Assembly (NCBI GenBank): GCA_963664325.2
Contig: CAXXDQ010000003.1
Span: forward strand, 64,001-128,000
Source of the DNA: Desulfomonilia bacterium
GTDB taxonomy: Bacteria > Desulfobacterota > Desulfomonilia > UBA1062
DNA length: 64,000 nucleotides
Reading direction: 5' to 3'
Shown: positions 62,785-64,000 of the stretch, in pieces
Numbering within the stretch: the stretch's first letter is position 1
Layout: each line of letters begins with the position of its first letter
The notes under the pieces: generated by a model
Database searches by the model: none
What the model was told of the DNA's origin: nothing
The model's input: the letters and a program-made list of their open reading frames with translations, nothing else
Program-made: the position numbers and the translations under genes

Positions 62785-63531
62785 ATGGCAGAATCTTTAG
62801 ACGTTTTCGCTGATGTCAACCTTGAACCGCAGCCATACGAGAGCATGGACTTCGATCATATCCTCGTCATAGGCAGGACATATGATGAATACAACGACAT
62901 GTTCCTGCTCGACGACATCAAACCCTCGGACGGAAAGATATTAAATGTCGCAGGCGGAGTCAGCTCTTATACCGCCGAAGCAGCCGACCGCGGGTTTACG
63001 ATATTTTCCGGCGATCCCGTCTACTGCCTCGAACCGGACGCCATTGAAGGAAAATGCGAAAACGACATAGAAAACTCGATAAGCAACCTGAAAAGACTTC
63101 CTCACATGTTCAACTGGGGACATCCCTTGAGGGATATAGACCATGTCCGCGAGAACAGAAGAAAGGCCTACAAAACATTCCTGGAAGATTTCAGGAAGAA
63201 CCGCTGGCGCTATCTGGACGCCTATTTCCCATACACCCCGTTCATGGCACGCAATAATTTCGCGCTCTCCCTGGTTTCGCACCTGCTGTTCGTATATGAT
63301 AATTTCATCGACTATGAGACGCATGTGAAGATCATAAAAGAGCTTTTGCGGATAACATCCGGTGAAATAAGGATATATCCCCTAGTCAACCTTCAATTCC
63401 AGCCCTGTGAAATCGTAGAACCCATCATGAATGATCCGAGATTCGAAGGGGTCTCTTTTGAAATACGCCCGTCACGGTACAACTTCATTAAAAATGCCGA
63501 TAAGATGATGATTATCAGAAAGCCGCAATAA
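62785..63531 (+). CDS. SAM-dependent methyltransferase-like protein
   Basis: Motifs GRTYDEY..MF, ILNVAGGVSS, LVSHLLFVY and EIRIYPL; start at 62785 with SD GGAGG. Confidence 0.75.
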   Translation: MAESLDVFADVNLEPQPYESMDFDHILVIGRTYDEYNDMFLLDDIKPSDGKILNVAGGVSSYTAEAADRGFTIFSGDPVYCLEPDAIEGKCENDIENSISNLKRLPHMFNWGHPLRDIDHVRENRRKAYKTFLEDFRKNRWRYLDAYFPYTPFMARNNFALSLVSHLLFVYDNFIDYETHVKIIKELLRITSGEIRIYPLVNLQFQPCEIVEPIMNDPRFEGVSFEIRPSRYNFIKNADKMMIIRKPQ

Positions 63532-63584
63532 AACCCGGAAAGCGGCTGCCTGCACGGCTTACCGCATGCTCGTCAATGCTGGCG

Positions 63585-64000
63585 TCAGAGGGCGTAGCGT
63601 GCCGGTATGATGCCGTGCTTGAACATCTCGTACAGCTCCCGGATTTCCTCATCGGTATAGATTGCAAGCAGCCTCAGTATTTCGCAGGCGAACTCAACGC
63701 TGCCCAGTCCGCTCGCGGTTATGAGGTTCCCGTCGGCTACTGCAAGCCTGTCTACATAGAAATCATCATCCGCATAAGCCGGCAGCATGGCCTTTAGATA
63801 CCCCTTGGTGTTGCTAGTATGCCTGAGCCCGTGCGTCAGCCCGGCCCGCACAATCTCCAAGCTCGCTCCGCATATCGCGGCTACGACGACGCCTTTTGCA
63901 TGGAGTTTGCGGAGCAGCCCGATCACATCCTCATGAGGTCCCTGCTCCCACATCTCCCCGCCCGACATGATGAAGACGGCGGCATCTTCGGGTTTGACCC
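63585..64000 (-). CDS. DJ-1/PfpI family protein (5' part outside window)
   Basis: Motifs VAAICGA, HTSN, DGNLITASG and FACEIL. Confidence 0.88.
   Translation of the reverse strand, partial: VKPEDAAVFIMSGGEMWEQGPHEDVIGLLRKLHAKGVVVAAICGASLEIVRAGLTHGLRHTSNTKGYLKAMLPAYADDDFYVDRLAVADGNLITASGLGSVEFACEILRLLAIYTDEEIRELYEMFKHGIIPARYAL

Overview
This is a 64-kb chromosomal window from an anaerobic, Gram-negative-type bacterium. Gene content suggests a deltaproteobacterium (Desulfobacterota/Syntrophales-like); this placement is inference. Most of it is housekeeping and metabolism: rplM-rpsI, rpsT, hisS-aspS, a Re-citrate-synthase-like enzyme with icd, pckG, DAHP synthase, B12-dependent methionine synthase, clpB, katG, rarA and a sigma54-type two-component system. 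Accessory catabolic genes include an eda/kdgK/BKACE/SDR cluster, a linalool dehydratase-isomerase-like lipoprotein with an Fe-ADH, LarA and several lipoprotein hydrolases. I saw no rRNA, tRNA, CRISPR array, transposase or integrase. The best unannotated signals are: (1) an AT-rich two-gene cassette (Clp-fold SDH serine protease plus a coupled 70-aa ORF) whose promoter sits between 11-bp inverted repeats; (2) a 47-aa ArfA-like basic ORF missed by the ORF track; (3) a candidate sigma28-driven ~75-nt sRNA with an anti-SD seed and its own terminator, between rpsT and rarA; (4) a dispersed mosaic palindromic repeat family and heptamer repeats. At least four genes carry single-base homopolymer frameshifts, probably sequencing errors.
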